A DNA stretch of 64,000 nucleotides from an uncultured Akkermansia sp. (GCA_905200945.1 CAJKMG010000003.1:200317-264316), one strand, 5' to 3'. Positions 1 to 9,727 are shown, counted from the stretch's first letter. Notes: a model not told the origin generated them from the letters alone. Translations and numbers: made by a program.

Positions 1-81
1 TCCACACCCTGTTGACGGCCGTTCAGCAGGGTGCCTCCGCTCCTCCTCTCCGGTAACAAAAAATCAAGAAAGGAGAAAATA

Positions 82-684
82 ATGACTGAACTGGAAAAAT
101 GCATGGCGGGCGAATGGTATGACTGCCATGACAAGGTGTTTCTGGAATTCAAGAACAAGACGCACCGGCTCCTGATGAAATACAATTCCCTGCCTTACGA
201 CCATAAGGAGGAAAAGCGGCAAGTGCTGCAGGAAATGCTGGGCAGCGTCGGCGCCAAGGTATCCATCGGCCATTCCTTCATCTGCGATTACGGCCGCAAC
301 ATCCATATCGGAAACAACGTCACCGTCAATACGGGCTGCACGTTCGTGGACTGCAACAGGATCACCATCGGCAACAATGTGCTGATCGCCCCTAACGTAC
401 AGATTTACACCGCTACGCACCCCATTGAGCTGGATGAGCGCCTTACTCCCGTGGAAACGGATGAAGGCGTTGAATACATCCGCCATACCTACGCTCTTCC
501 GGTAACGATAGAAGACGGCTGCTGGATTGGCGGCGGCGTCATTATCCTGCCCGGCATTACCATCGGAAAAGGAAGCGTTATCGGTGCCGGCAGCGTGGTC
601 ACCAAAAATATTCCTCCCGACAGTCTGGCGGCGGGGAACCCCTGCAAGGTTATTCGTAAAATCAACGGAAGTCGGGAACAATGA
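82..684 (+). CDS. maa: Maltose/galactoside O-acetyltransferase (hexapeptide-repeat, left-handed beta-helix acyltransferase)
   Basis: Tandem hexapeptide repeats (IGNNVTVNTGC..IGNNVLIAPNVQI..IGKGSVIGAGSVV). ATG at 82 is preceded by AGGAG at 71-75. The 31 start in the ORF track is probably too far upstream. Confidence 0.8.
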   Translation: MTELEKCMAGEWYDCHDKVFLEFKNKTHRLLMKYNSLPYDHKEEKRQVLQEMLGSVGAKVSIGHSFICDYGRNIHIGNNVTVNTGCTFVDCNRITIGNNVLIAPNVQIYTATHPIELDERLTPVETDEGVEYIRHTYALPVTIEDGCWIGGGVIILPGITIGKGSVIGAGSVVTKNIPPDSLAAGNPCKVIRKINGSREQ

Positions 685-1319
685 TCAAGCTGATCGCTTT
701 TGATCTGGACGGAACCATAGGGGACACGGTCCCCATGTGCATCAGGGCATTTGAAAAAGCAGTTTCTCCCTACGCCGGCCACATACTGAGCGAACGGGAG
801 ATCACGCAGACTTTCGGCCTGAATGAAGTAGGAATGATCAAGAAAGTCGCTGGAGAAAAATGGCGGGAAGCTCTCCATGATTTCTACCCGGTTTATGAAG
901 AAATGCATCAATCATGCCCGGCTCCGTATGAAGGCATACGTGAATTGATAGAAACCCTGCACAAGGCTGGCGTGCTTGTCGCCCTGATTACCGGGAAGGG
1001 AGACAAAAGCTGCCGCATTACGCTTGAGCAATTCGGCATGCAAGATTTGTTCTGTTCCGTCAAAACCGGAGCGGAAGACAGGCCCAACAAGGCGGAAGCT
1101 ATTGAAGAGCTTCTGCACGACTTCTGCTTGAACAAAGATGAATTTTACTATATCGGGGATGCGGTTTCGGATGTGGCCGCCTGCAACAAAGCGGGAGTGA
1201 CCTGCCTGTCCGCCGCCTGGGCAACGACCGCAGACGTCAGTGGATTGAAAAAAGCCAACCCCTCAAAAGTTTTTCCCAGCATAAAGGAATTGACATTATT
1301 CCTGTCCATTGAGAAATAA
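681..1319 (+). CDS. HAD-superfamily hydrolase (phosphatase, phosphoglycolate-phosphatase-like)
   Basis: N-terminal FDLDGTIGDT motif (DxDGT, HAD motif I). GDAVSD near the C-terminus (motif IV). ATGA overlap with the upstream maa stop suggests an operon. Confidence 0.75.
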   Translation: MIKLIAFDLDGTIGDTVPMCIRAFEKAVSPYAGHILSEREITQTFGLNEVGMIKKVAGEKWREALHDFYPVYEEMHQSCPAPYEGIRELIETLHKAGVLVALITGKGDKSCRITLEQFGMQDLFCSVKTGAEDRPNKAEAIEELLHDFCLNKDEFYYIGDAVSDVAACNKAGVTCLSAAWATTADVSGLKKANPSKVFPSIKELTLFLSIEK

Positions 1320-1337
1320 TTAGAAGATACTCCTCAC

Positions 1338-2063
1338 TTGGATAAGGAAAACATGATGGAAAAATTTCAAAAACTGGCTCTTCTAATTGATGCTGAAAAC
1401 ATTGCTCTGGATAAGCTTGAAAGCGTCATTCAGAAAATATCTGCATATGGCCGTATTGTGATTCAAAGAGCCTATGGCGACTGGAGCAAGGAAAGTTTAA
1501 AAAACTGGAAAGACTCGCTAAACCGGTTTGGCATAAAAGCGGAGCAGCAATTTAATTATACTCCCAAAAAAAACTCGACGGATATGGCGTTGACTATTGA
1601 CGCCTTGGATTTATTGTATCAGTCATCTTACGATGCCCTCGCCATTGTTTCGAGCGACTGTGATTTCACTCCCGTTTCCCTATATGTCAGGGAACATGGT
1701 ATTTATGTAATCGGTATCGGAGAGAAGAAAACTCCAGAGGCTTTTAAAAAAAGCTGCAATGAATTTATTTTATTAAAAACTGCTGACTCTAAAATAGATA
1801 ATACACTACAAAATAAGCCTTCCCAATCTGGATCAGAAAAACGAAAAAAAATCCCTGAATCTATTCATAAATTACTTAAGGAGGCATTTGAAACGCACAA
1901 AAAAGAAGGATGGGTAGCCTTATTTCGGGCATCATCTTATATTAAAGATAAACAACCTGATTTTTCTTTAAAAGAATACTATTCCAAATTTTATAAACTC
2001 ATTCAGGATTTTCCGGAAAAATACAAACTTGAAAAATCGCATACAAAATATCAATGCAAATAA
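1338..2063 (+). CDS. NYN-domain (LabA-like) protein with C-terminal OST-HTH/LOTUS domain
   Basis: LALLIDAENI...IVSSDCDFTP matches NYN/PIN-like acidic residues. C-terminal LKEAFETHKKEGWVALFRASSYIKDKQPDFS is OST-HTH-like. The gene is markedly AT-rich compared with its neighbours. Confidence 0.7.
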   Translation: MDKENMMEKFQKLALLIDAENIALDKLESVIQKISAYGRIVIQRAYGDWSKESLKNWKDSLNRFGIKAEQQFNYTPKKNSTDMALTIDALDLLYQSSYDALAIVSSDCDFTPVSLYVREHGIYVIGIGEKKTPEAFKKSCNEFILLKTADSKIDNTLQNKPSQSGSEKRKKIPESIHKLLKEAFETHKKEGWVALFRASSYIKDKQPDFSLKEYYSKFYKLIQDFPEKYKLEKSHTKYQCK

Positions 2064-2111
2064 AATTATAGAGTTATCTTCTATAACCATATTCACCTGA
2101 TTCCATCTTGG

Positions 2112-2137
2112 AACAGGAAATAAATTCCTGTTTTTTA
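2112..2137 (+). terminator. Rho-independent terminator after the NYN gene
   Basis: Hairpin AACAGGAA-ATAAA-TTCCTGTT followed by TTTTTTAT. Because it overlaps the 2108 ATG of the next ORF, it argues for the downstream start at 2174. Confidence 0.55.
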
Positions 2138-2173
2138 TACGCTCATTTAACGCAAAAACAATTCTTTCCTTCC

Positions 2174-3160
2174 ATGGATACCGGCGCCGTCATCCTCACC
2201 TCCTTTCTCTCTACCATTCCCGTTTATCTTTTCTTTGCCACGGGTTTCTATCTGCGCCACAAGCAAGTCATCCAGGCAGACCATGACGCGCCCATCATGC
2301 GCATCGCGATGGATGTGGCCTACCCCTGCCTCGTCTTCCACAGCATCATGAAATACATGGTGCTCTCCGGAAATGAGACGCTCAGCAGCGTTTCCTTTTC
2401 CCTCCAGGCCATTGCAGCAGGGGCGCTGGAACTTCTGCTGGGTATCGCGGCCGCATGGCTGGTCGCTAAAATGCTGCGCATGCGCATCGGCACGGGTCTG
2501 CGCACGTTCACCCTGACGGCGGGAGTGCAGAACTACGCTTTTTTCGTCATCCCCATCATCCAGATGCTGTTTACCGCCGGCAACGATCCCACGCTGGGCG
2601 TCCTTTTCGTCCACAATGTAGGATGTGAGCTGGTCGTCTGGAGCATCGGCGTCATCATCATCGCAGGCGGTCCGGGCAACCTGAACATGGGCGTCTTCTT
2701 CCGCGGCCCCCTGCTGGCCGTTATCGTGGGCCTGGCGCTCGCCTGGTCCGGCCTGGGAACCTATGTAGCCCAACCGCCCCTGATGAAGACTTTTGAAATG
2801 ATCGGCAACTGCGCCACACCCCTGTGCCTGATCCTGTTCGGATGTTCCATGCGGGATTTATGGCATAACATGAAGTGGGAACCCAAACCCATCATTTGCG
2901 GCCTGCTGACGCGGCTGGGGCTGGCCCCCGCGCTACTGCTCCTGATGGCTTATTTCCTGCCGGTGGATGATTATATCAAGCGCGTCATCATCATCCAGGC
3001 AGCCATTCCCTCCGCCGTCATTCCGGTCATTCTGGCCAAACGTTTCGGCGGCTATCCGGATTTGGGCACTCAAATCCTTCTGACAACGACGGTGGCTTCT
3101 TTCCTCACACTGCCCTGCTGGCTGGCTCTTGGTTCCACCCTGGTCGTACCATTGTATTAA
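2174..3160 (+). CDS. AEC-family (auxin efflux carrier / malate permease-like) membrane transporter
   Basis: About ten predicted TM helices and two-repeat architecture typical of Mem_trans. Start placed at MDTGAV after the terminator hairpin. Confidence 0.7.
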   Translation: MDTGAVILTSFLSTIPVYLFFATGFYLRHKQVIQADHDAPIMRIAMDVAYPCLVFHSIMKYMVLSGNETLSSVSFSLQAIAAGALELLLGIAAAWLVAKMLRMRIGTGLRTFTLTAGVQNYAFFVIPIIQMLFTAGNDPTLGVLFVHNVGCELVVWSIGVIIIAGGPGNLNMGVFFRGPLLAVIVGLALAWSGLGTYVAQPPLMKTFEMIGNCATPLCLILFGCSMRDLWHNMKWEPKPIICGLLTRLGLAPALLLLMAYFLPVDDYIKRVIIIQAAIPSAVIPVILAKRFGGYPDLGTQILLTTTVASFLTLPCWLALGSTLVVPLY

Positions 3161-3396
3161 CGAGATAATGGCGACATCAATCCCCGGATGACCTGGAACG
3201 GCCCGCTTGCGCAACATCTTCCGCTTTTCCGGAGGATTCCGTTCCCGGTGTCCCGCCCCTTGATGGAAATAAAACCGCAGGATTCGGCGGCGGAATAATT
3301 TCCCTGCCGAAATTTCCGCATCCATACTGCATTCCATGCTGAATGCTTCCCTACCTTTGGGTTGACTCCCTAGGCGGATATGTATTGAATGGATTC

Positions 3397-3876
3397 ATGA
3401 AATTTCCTGCTCCTCTCTGCACCGCCATGCTGCCGGTTCTGTTTTCCTGCGCGGAGCAGGTTTCCCGGATTGAACATGTGCGGGAGGTTCCCTTAAAAAC
3501 CATAGTGGTTCCTGCGGAAGACGTAGGTATGCACCACACCCAGGCCACTTACCTGCTGCACGGTGCCGTCTCCCAGCAACAGCGTCTTCAGCGTCTGGGC
3601 CAATACTACTTCGTCACCTGGAACGATGCCCATCCGGAACAGGCGGCAACTCTGGTCATGATGTACCGCCAGGGAAAAACAGGTTCAACCGTCCTGACGA
3701 AATCCATTTCCTACCCCGCCGGTAGAAAAGGCGGCACGCAAAACTCCATTTTCGAATTCGTCGGGGATGAAGCCAAGGGGAAAGGGGAAATCCTCGCATG
3801 GAAGCTCGTCCTGAAAGACAACCGCGGCAAAACGATTTCCGAACGCCATTCCTATCTGTGGGGGGACGAGTATTGA
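3397..3876 (+). CDS. Hypothetical lipoprotein
   Basis: MKFPAPLCTAMLPVLFSC signal peptide with a lipobox (LFSC). No recognisable catalytic motif. Confidence 0.45.
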   Translation: MKFPAPLCTAMLPVLFSCAEQVSRIEHVREVPLKTIVVPAEDVGMHHTQATYLLHGAVSQQQRLQRLGQYYFVTWNDAHPEQAATLVMMYRQGKTGSTVLTKSISYPAGRKGGTQNSIFEFVGDEAKGKGEILAWKLVLKDNRGKTISERHSYLWGDEY

Positions 3877-4019
3877 CCCTTCGGCGAAAAACACCGAAGA
3901 GCCAATAAAATCAGCCGGATATGAAGAATGAATTCGGCAGTTTCCGACTGCCCTGTCAGCCAGGGCATGGTCGATCCAGCCTCCAACTCCGTTAAGTTCC
4001 CTCCGGAATATGGGAAAGC

Positions 4020-5087
4020 TTACGCTTCCTGCCGTTTGGCACGGCGTTTGCGGACAGCGGCGGCAAGGGTTTCCAGCACTTCCACCGTCGTCTCCCAGCC
4101 AATACACTGATCCGTAATGCTCTTGCCATACACCAGGTCGGAACTCAGCGGCTGGGCTCCTTCCACAATGTTGCTTTCAATCATTACGGCAACAACCTGG
4201 TCGGATCCGTTGGATATCTGTTCCGCGATATTGGCGGCTACGGCCGGCTGTTTGCGATAGTCCTTGCAACTGTTTCCGTGGGAGCAGTCTATCATGATGC
4301 GGTTATTGATGCCGGCCTTCTGCAAGGCTGCTACCGCCTCTTTTACATGTTCTTCATCAAAGTTCGGCCCCAGGGAGGACCCGCGCAGAATCAGGTGGCA
4401 GGACTTATTACCCGTAGTGGAAACAATGGCGGAAACCCCCTGCTTGGTCACGGAAAGGAAGCAGTGCGGGCAGGAGGAGGAAACAATGGCGTCCACAGCG
4501 ATTTGCAGGCTGCCGCTGGTGCCATTCTTGAATCCCACAGGCATGGAAAGCCCGGAAGCCAATTCACGGTGCACCTGGCTTTCCGTAGTGCGCGCTCCGA
4601 TGGCGCCCCACGTGATCAGGTCTGCAATGTACTGCGGCGTGATGGTGTCCAGGAACTCGGTAGCTGCGGGCACTCCCATATCCCCCAGGCGCAGCAGCAG
4701 CCCGCGGGCCATATGGAGGCCGCGGTTGATGTCAAAGGTATGGTTCATGAACGGGTCGTTGATGAGGCCCTTCCAGCCCACGGTAGTGCGGGGCTTTTCA
4801 AAATACACGCGCATGATGATCACCAGGTCCTTTTCAAAGCGCGCCATTTGTTCCTTCAGGCGGGAGGCATAATCCACGGCAGCCTGGGGATCATGGATGG
4901 AGCACGGCCCCACCACCACCAGCAGGCGGTCGTCGTGGCCGGAAATGATGTTCTCCGCATTCTTGCGGGTCGTAGCCACCATTTTGGCGATCTCCGTGGT
5001 CGCCGGATAATCCTTGATTAAGATGGCGGGGGAAATCAGGGGCTCAATGTCTTGAATGCGTATGTCGTCTGTTTTGAACCAGTTCAT
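4020..5087 (-). CDS. aroG: 3-deoxy-7-phosphoheptulonate (DAHP) synthase, class I
   Basis: Full-length similarity pattern to AroG/AroF/AroH: LLVVVGPCSIHD, KPRT, GARTTESQ, IMIDCSHGNS. Confidence 0.9.
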   Translation of the reverse strand: MNWFKTDDIRIQDIEPLISPAILIKDYPATTEIAKMVATTRKNAENIISGHDDRLLVVVGPCSIHDPQAAVDYASRLKEQMARFEKDLVIIMRVYFEKPRTTVGWKGLINDPFMNHTFDINRGLHMARGLLLRLGDMGVPAATEFLDTITPQYIADLITWGAIGARTTESQVHRELASGLSMPVGFKNGTSGSLQIAVDAIVSSSCPHCFLSVTKQGVSAIVSTTGNKSCHLILRGSSLGPNFDEEHVKEAVAALQKAGINNRIMIDCSHGNSCKDYRKQPAVAANIAEQISNGSDQVVAVMIESNIVEGAQPLSSDLVYGKSITDQCIGWETTVEVLETLAAAVRKRRAKRQEA

Positions 5088-5245
5088 GTCTGGGGCTTAT
5101 TGAGAGGTTTTTGAGAGAAGTTGAAAAGAAAAAAATACGGTTTGATGCCTTTATGCCTGAATATACCGCGGGGCCCCGCGGCCATAAGCCGGAAGCCCCG
5201 TAAAATGAAACGGCCACGCCTCCCGACAAGAGGCGCCGCCATGCA

Positions 5246-5887
5246 TTACCAGGAAGTCACATTGTCTTCCGTCAATTCCGGATTGTTGATATGGCCGTCA
5301 GCCGTGCTGCCCTGCTTGTCCTTGCCGGTGCTGTAAACAGCCACGTTCTTGGTCACCATCCGGGAACCTACCTGGACACGGGGGGTGCGGTCATCAGGGT
5401 TGGCATTCAAAATAATGTAATAGGGGGATTCCCAGGGATCCATCAGGCCCACACGGCCGCGGCTTTCAAAAAACAGGCCGGGAGCGCCTTCCACATCCGT
5501 AGTCGTCGTATTGAAATAAGCCGTTTTCTTGGGGTTCAGCTTTCTATCCTCATCCGCCCGGTCCATATAATTGGTCAGGATGCTCATGATGCGGCTATCG
5601 TCGTCCACGGCGGTCGTCACGTAATACTGCCCGTCTTTGTGGGCCTGCTTGGTCATTTCCCGGCTGCTCCAGGCCACGGGAACGCGGCCGTTGTCCAGCA
5701 TGTAATTTTCCACAGCCGTCTGCAGGCCGTTGCAGTCGCTCCGCGCCGTGGTAACCTTGGATTTTTCCATCACGCCGTTCACCACCGTCATGGCGATGCC
5801 GGCCAGCGTCAGGATAATGGCGATCACCACAAGCAATTCAATTAACGTGAATCCCTTGGATTTACGGTTCAAAAAAGGTGTCTTCAT
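5246..5887 (-). CDS. Prepilin-type N-terminal cleavage/methylation domain protein (pseudopilin-like, H-X9-DG/DUF1559 type)
   Basis: Leader MKTPFLNRKSKGFTLIELLVVIAIILTLAGI is the class III signal (G-FTLIELLVV). ATG at 5887. Confidence 0.7.
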   Translation of the reverse strand: MKTPFLNRKSKGFTLIELLVVIAIILTLAGIAMTVVNGVMEKSKVTTARSDCNGLQTAVENYMLDNGRVPVAWSSREMTKQAHKDGQYYVTTAVDDDSRIMSILTNYMDRADEDRKLNPKKTAYFNTTTTDVEGAPGLFFESRGRVGLMDPWESPYYIILNANPDDRTPRVQVGSRMVTKNVAVYSTGKDKQGSTADGHINNPELTEDNVTSW

Positions 5888-6047
5888 ACTTTGCCAAGAG
5901 TAGCGCAATTACGGTTCAGGGCAAGCGGAAAACAACCGGCGCCGCCAATTTCAAAACCTGTTCCCGGAACGGCAGCGGACGGAATACCCCCGGTGCACAA
6001 ACACCCCGGCGCCTTCCGGCAGCCGGGGTGTTTAAAAGAATGCTCCT

Positions 6048-6503
6048 TTAGTTGGAGGGGACAGGGGTTTCTGTGGAAGCAGGAGCCTGAGTCTGAGAAG
6101 AAGCGGCTTCCGCCTCAGCGGCGCGCCTGCGCAGTTCTTCCTGCTGGAGTTCTTCCGGCGTCTTGGCAGGAACGGAGGCTTCCTGCCTGGCGGCAGCCTT
6201 CATCATTTCCGGGCTCAACAGGCTTTCCGAACTCTTAACGTGCTGCCGGTTGATCAGCATGCCCAGCACCAGGCAAAGAACCATGAACGCGGTTCCGAAG
6301 TACACCGTGGCTTTTTTCAGCACATCCGTCGTCCGGGCGCCAAAGGCCTGGTCCGTAATGGCTGCGCCAAAGGCGGCTCCCAGCCCTTCCTGCTTGGGCC
6401 TTTGCATAAGCACCACACCCAGAAGGAGAAGCGATACAACCACCAGGACGGCAAAAAGCAACTGGATGCTGATATTAAGCGAGTCTGCTAAAAAAAGGTT
6501 CAT
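6048..6503 (-). CDS. secG: Preprotein translocase subunit SecG
   Basis: Two TM helices separated by the conserved LLQRPKQEGLGAAFG-type loop. Low-complexity Ala/Glu C-terminal tail. Confidence 0.65.
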   Translation of the reverse strand: MNLFLADSLNISIQLLFAVLVVVSLLLLGVVLMQRPKQEGLGAAFGAAITDQAFGARTTDVLKKATVYFGTAFMVLCLVLGMLINRQHVKSSESLLSPEMMKAAARQEASVPAKTPEELQQEELRRRAAEAEAASSQTQAPASTETPVPSN

Positions 6504-6544
6504 GAGCGCGGGGAGTATGTGTGAATTCGGATGATTTGTAAAGT

Positions 6545-6883
6545 CTAGGAAATGATTTCGTTATGTTCGTTACAGACGATTTTTTTGGGAATGATGGGCT
6601 TGTCCGACAAGGCAAAACTCATAATGACCACCCGTTCGCCCGTCTTGATTAAATGGGCCGCACCGCCGTTCATGATGATGTTCCCCGTGCCGGCAGGCCC
6701 CTGGAGAGCATATGTTTCCAGACGGTTCCCGGACGTAACGGATGCCACGAGAACTTTTTCCCCGGGCCACAAATCCACGGCGGCCATCAGATCGGCAGGA
6801 ATTTCAATACTGCCTTCATATTGAACATCGCCACGGGTAATCATGGCGCGATGAATTTTTGATTTTAACTGCTCAACCAACAT
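6545..6883 (-). CDS. panD: Aspartate 1-decarboxylase
   Basis: MLxxxLKSKIHRAxVTxxDLxYEGSIxID...GNRLETYA pattern, including the Gly-Ser self-cleavage site (EGSIEI). Confidence 0.9.
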   Translation of the reverse strand: MLVEQLKSKIHRAMITRGDVQYEGSIEIPADLMAAVDLWPGEKVLVASVTSGNRLETYALQGPAGTGNIIMNGGAAHLIKTGERVVIMSFALSDKPIIPKKIVCNEHNEIIS

Positions 6884-6956
6884 GACGTTCGAACAACAAA
6901 CCCCCGATCGTCCCTCCGGTCAAGCCGTCATCCTCCATTTTCCGGTTTTCTGTGTC

Positions 6957-7892
6957 TTACTCACCACCCTTCAGCACTTTTTCTGCATGGGCGGCATCAC
7001 GGGCAAGCTGGCTTTTCAATTCTTCCAAAGAGGGGAATTTGATTTCCGGCCTTAGGAAACGGACCGGTTCCACTTCCATCTCCCGCCCGTAAATATCACC
7101 CGGGTGGCCGAATAAATGCGTTTCCAGCAAAAGTTCCCCCGTCTCACCTTCCACGGTGGGGCGCACCCCCAGATTGGCTACGCCTCCGTATTTTTTGCCG
7201 GCCACCCGGGCGCGCACGGCGTAAACGCCATGGGGAGGCTGTAACCCGCAACCGGGTCTTATATTGGCCGTGGGGTAGTCCAGCAGGCGCCCCAGTTGGC
7301 GCCCGTGAATCACCGGTCCCTTCCAGCGGTAGGGGCGGCCAAGCATGCCGGCAGCCTGTAAAAAATCCGCCGCGCGCACGGCTTCGCGAATCCGGGTGCT
7401 GCTTATGCGCTCCCCGTCCTGCAGAATAGAAGGAACGGCCGTCACCCGGAACCCGTAGCGGCAGGACAGCAGGCGCAGGGTTTCTACATTCCCTGCCCTG
7501 CCGCGGCCAAAATGCCAGTCCTCGCCCACGGCAATCTGAGCCACCAGGCAGGAGGAACAAAGTTCCCCGATAAACTCTTCCGGGCTCATGGACGCCAGCC
7601 TGGAAGAAAATTCCAGCGACAGCACCGCCTTCACTCCCAGCTCTTCCATCAAGACAAATTTTTCAGCATCTTCCCCCATGATGGCGGGCGGCACGCTTTC
7701 CGGCCTCACCCGGGCCAGCGGATGAGTGCGGAATGTCAGCACGGCGGGAATTCCTCCGTCAAGAGCAGCCCCTTTCACCGCCGCGGCAATCACTCCGGCA
7801 TGTCCCAGATGCACCCCGTCAAACATCCCCATGGCCCAGTGTACAGGGGCGGAAAGGTTTTTCAATTCCTTGAATTCCCGGTAAATGACCAT
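6957..7892 (-). CDS. ribF: Bifunctional riboflavin kinase / FMN adenylyltransferase
   Basis: FDGVHLGH nucleotidyltransferase motif at the N-terminus. Riboflavin-kinase PTANI..GVY..GxxANLGxRPT at the C-terminus. Confidence 0.9.
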   Translation of the reverse strand: MVIYREFKELKNLSAPVHWAMGMFDGVHLGHAGVIAAAVKGAALDGGIPAVLTFRTHPLARVRPESVPPAIMGEDAEKFVLMEELGVKAVLSLEFSSRLASMSPEEFIGELCSSCLVAQIAVGEDWHFGRGRAGNVETLRLLSCRYGFRVTAVPSILQDGERISSTRIREAVRAADFLQAAGMLGRPYRWKGPVIHGRQLGRLLDYPTANIRPGCGLQPPHGVYAVRARVAGKKYGGVANLGVRPTVEGETGELLLETHLFGHPGDIYGREMEVEPVRFLRPEIKFPSLEELKSQLARDAAHAEKVLKGGE

Positions 7893-7895
7893 ATG

Positions 7896-8630
7896 CTACC
7901 CGGCAATCAGAATATCCGCCAGCTCCTGCAGGGAAAGCATGGCCCGGAACAGTTCCTCCCTGGGAGCGGTTTTCAGGGTGTCCACCGTAATGGCGCGGTC
8001 CAGCGTAAAAGAACCGGACCTGGTGCGCCGGAGGGCGCTCAAATGCGCTCCGCAGCCCAGTGCCTTCCCGATATCATAAGCATAGGAACGCACATAAAAA
8101 CCTTTGGAACACTGAACGGTAAAATCCACTTCCGGAATGGCCACGCGTGAAATTCTGTGACCGAACACTTCCACAGGCCGCGGTTCCCGCACAACTTCCT
8201 GACCTTTCCGGGCCAGCTTGTACAGCGGAACCCCGCCCTTTTTAATAGCGGAAACCATCGGAGGAATTTGTTCAAAAGCTCCGTCAAACCGGTTGAACGC
8301 CTCACGTACAGCCTGTTCCGTCACTCCGTCCACGGAATGCTCCGCTATTACTTCCCCCATGGCATCCTGGGAGGAAGTCTCCACGCCCAGCATAAGGGTT
8401 CCGGCGTATTCCTTGTGTTCGCACATCAACTTGTCCTGAAGCTTGGTCGCCTTCCCTACCACCAGCATCAGCAATCCCGTAGCCATGGGATCCAGCGTGC
8501 CGCAGTGGCCTATTTTCTTAATTCCCAGGGAACGGCGCGCAATTGCCACCACATCGTGGGAAGTCATGTCCCGCGCCTTGTCAATCAACAGGACGCCCGA
8601 AGGAACCTGGATGGAATCTGAAACATTCAT
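7896..8630 (-). CDS. truB: tRNA pseudouridine(55) synthase
   Basis: GVLLIDKARDMTSHDVV...GHCGTLDPMATGLL carries the catalytic Asp motif. Lies 3 nt upstream of ribF. Confidence 0.9.
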   Translation of the reverse strand: MNVSDSIQVPSGVLLIDKARDMTSHDVVAIARRSLGIKKIGHCGTLDPMATGLLMLVVGKATKLQDKLMCEHKEYAGTLMLGVETSSQDAMGEVIAEHSVDGVTEQAVREAFNRFDGAFEQIPPMVSAIKKGGVPLYKLARKGQEVVREPRPVEVFGHRISRVAIPEVDFTVQCSKGFYVRSYAYDIGKALGCGAHLSALRRTRSGSFTLDRAITVDTLKTAPREELFRAMLSLQELADILIAG

Positions 8631-9640
8631 GAAATCTTCTGTCGGAGCACTCGTTCCACTTCTTCCCGCATGGCCTTCAGGATAGTAAGGCGCACTTCGT
8701 CAATAGGCCCCCGGATACGTACTCCGGCGGCCATGGAATGACCGCCTCCGCCGAAACGGGAGGCCAGCTCCGCGACGGATATTTCAGGCGTCTTGGATCT
8801 CAGGGAAATACGGATGCGGGGATCGTCCTCCGTTTCTTCCAGATAAGCGGCCAGCCAGACTCCCTGCACGGAACGCAGAAGGTCAATCAGTCCTTCCGTA
8901 TCTTCCGGACGGCTTCCAATCCGGGCTTTTGCCTCATTCGTCAGGCAAAACGTGCAAATCCTGCCGTCCGGCGTCAGCTTCATTCCGTTCAGCGCCTCGC
9001 GCATCAACTGCATTTTCACCCACGGCTTTTCCTGGTAAAGCTGGCGGTTGATGTCCTGGACGTCAACGCCCATCCGGATCAAATCCGCAGCCAGTTCCAT
9101 GACGGCCGCCGTCGTCATCTGGTACTGGAAAGACCCCGTATCCGTGCTGACGGCCACGTAAAGGGCGTCTCGCATCACCGGAGTGACGGGAATGCCCAGA
9201 TACTTGAAAAAGTAATATAAAACCGCCCCCGTGGCGCATTCGTCCGGCAAAACGCACTGAACGTCTCCAAACAGTTCGTTCGTCCGATGGTGGTCGATGT
9301 TCGCCCACACCTTCACTCCCGCCAAAGCCTCCAAACTGCGTTCTCCCAGCCTCTTGAGCGCGCCGTTATCCACGGAAATGGCTACTTCCACATCCACCGG
9401 CTCATCAGGCGTGGGAATAATGTTTTCCACACCCGGCATAAAGGCCAGATTGGAAGGCACCCCGTCCTCGTTCATCATCACCACCTTTTTTCCCATTTGC
9501 TTCAGGGCTTCTCCCAAAGCCAGCGTGGAGCCGATAGCGTCGCCGTCCGGATGAATATGCGCAATTACCGCAAAACTGCCATGGCCGCGGATCAGATCCG
9601 CCAAAGGCGCGAATTGGGGACAATGTTTCCAATCTTCCAT
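8627..9640 (-). CDS. nrnA: DHH/DHHA1-family phosphoesterase (NrnA-like oligoribonuclease / pAp phosphatase)
   Basis: HIHPDGDAIGS (DHH motif I/II), DHH...N, GGGH of the DHHA1 domain (RFGGGGHSMAAG). Start placed at MEDWKH (ATG at 9640). Confidence 0.8.
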   Translation of the reverse strand: MEDWKHCPQFAPLADLIRGHGSFAVIAHIHPDGDAIGSTLALGEALKQMGKKVVMMNEDGVPSNLAFMPGVENIIPTPDEPVDVEVAISVDNGALKRLGERSLEALAGVKVWANIDHHRTNELFGDVQCVLPDECATGAVLYYFFKYLGIPVTPVMRDALYVAVSTDTGSFQYQMTTAAVMELAADLIRMGVDVQDINRQLYQEKPWVKMQLMREALNGMKLTPDGRICTFCLTNEAKARIGSRPEDTEGLIDLLRSVQGVWLAAYLEETEDDPRIRISLRSKTPEISVAELASRFGGGGHSMAAGVRIRGPIDEVRLTILKAMREEVERVLRQKIS

Positions 9641-9727
9641 ATGTACTGCCGTGTTTTTATAGAAAAAGCCGCACCTGGACAATCACCAAGTGCGGCTTGA
9701 AAAGTCGTACTTAATCCCGGAAGAGGA

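Noticed and set aside
2108-2173. ORF-track start of the AEC transporter at 2108
   Set aside because: It would place the start codon inside the terminator hairpin of the upstream gene. The conserved membrane domain begins at MDTGAV (2174).
4264-5021. Two overlapping plus-strand ORFs (202 and 247 aa)
   Set aside because: They lie inside and antisense to aroG. No start or RBS context.
7512-8305. Plus-strand 212-aa ORF and minus-strand 88-aa ORF
   Set aside because: Shadows within the ribF/truB coding region.
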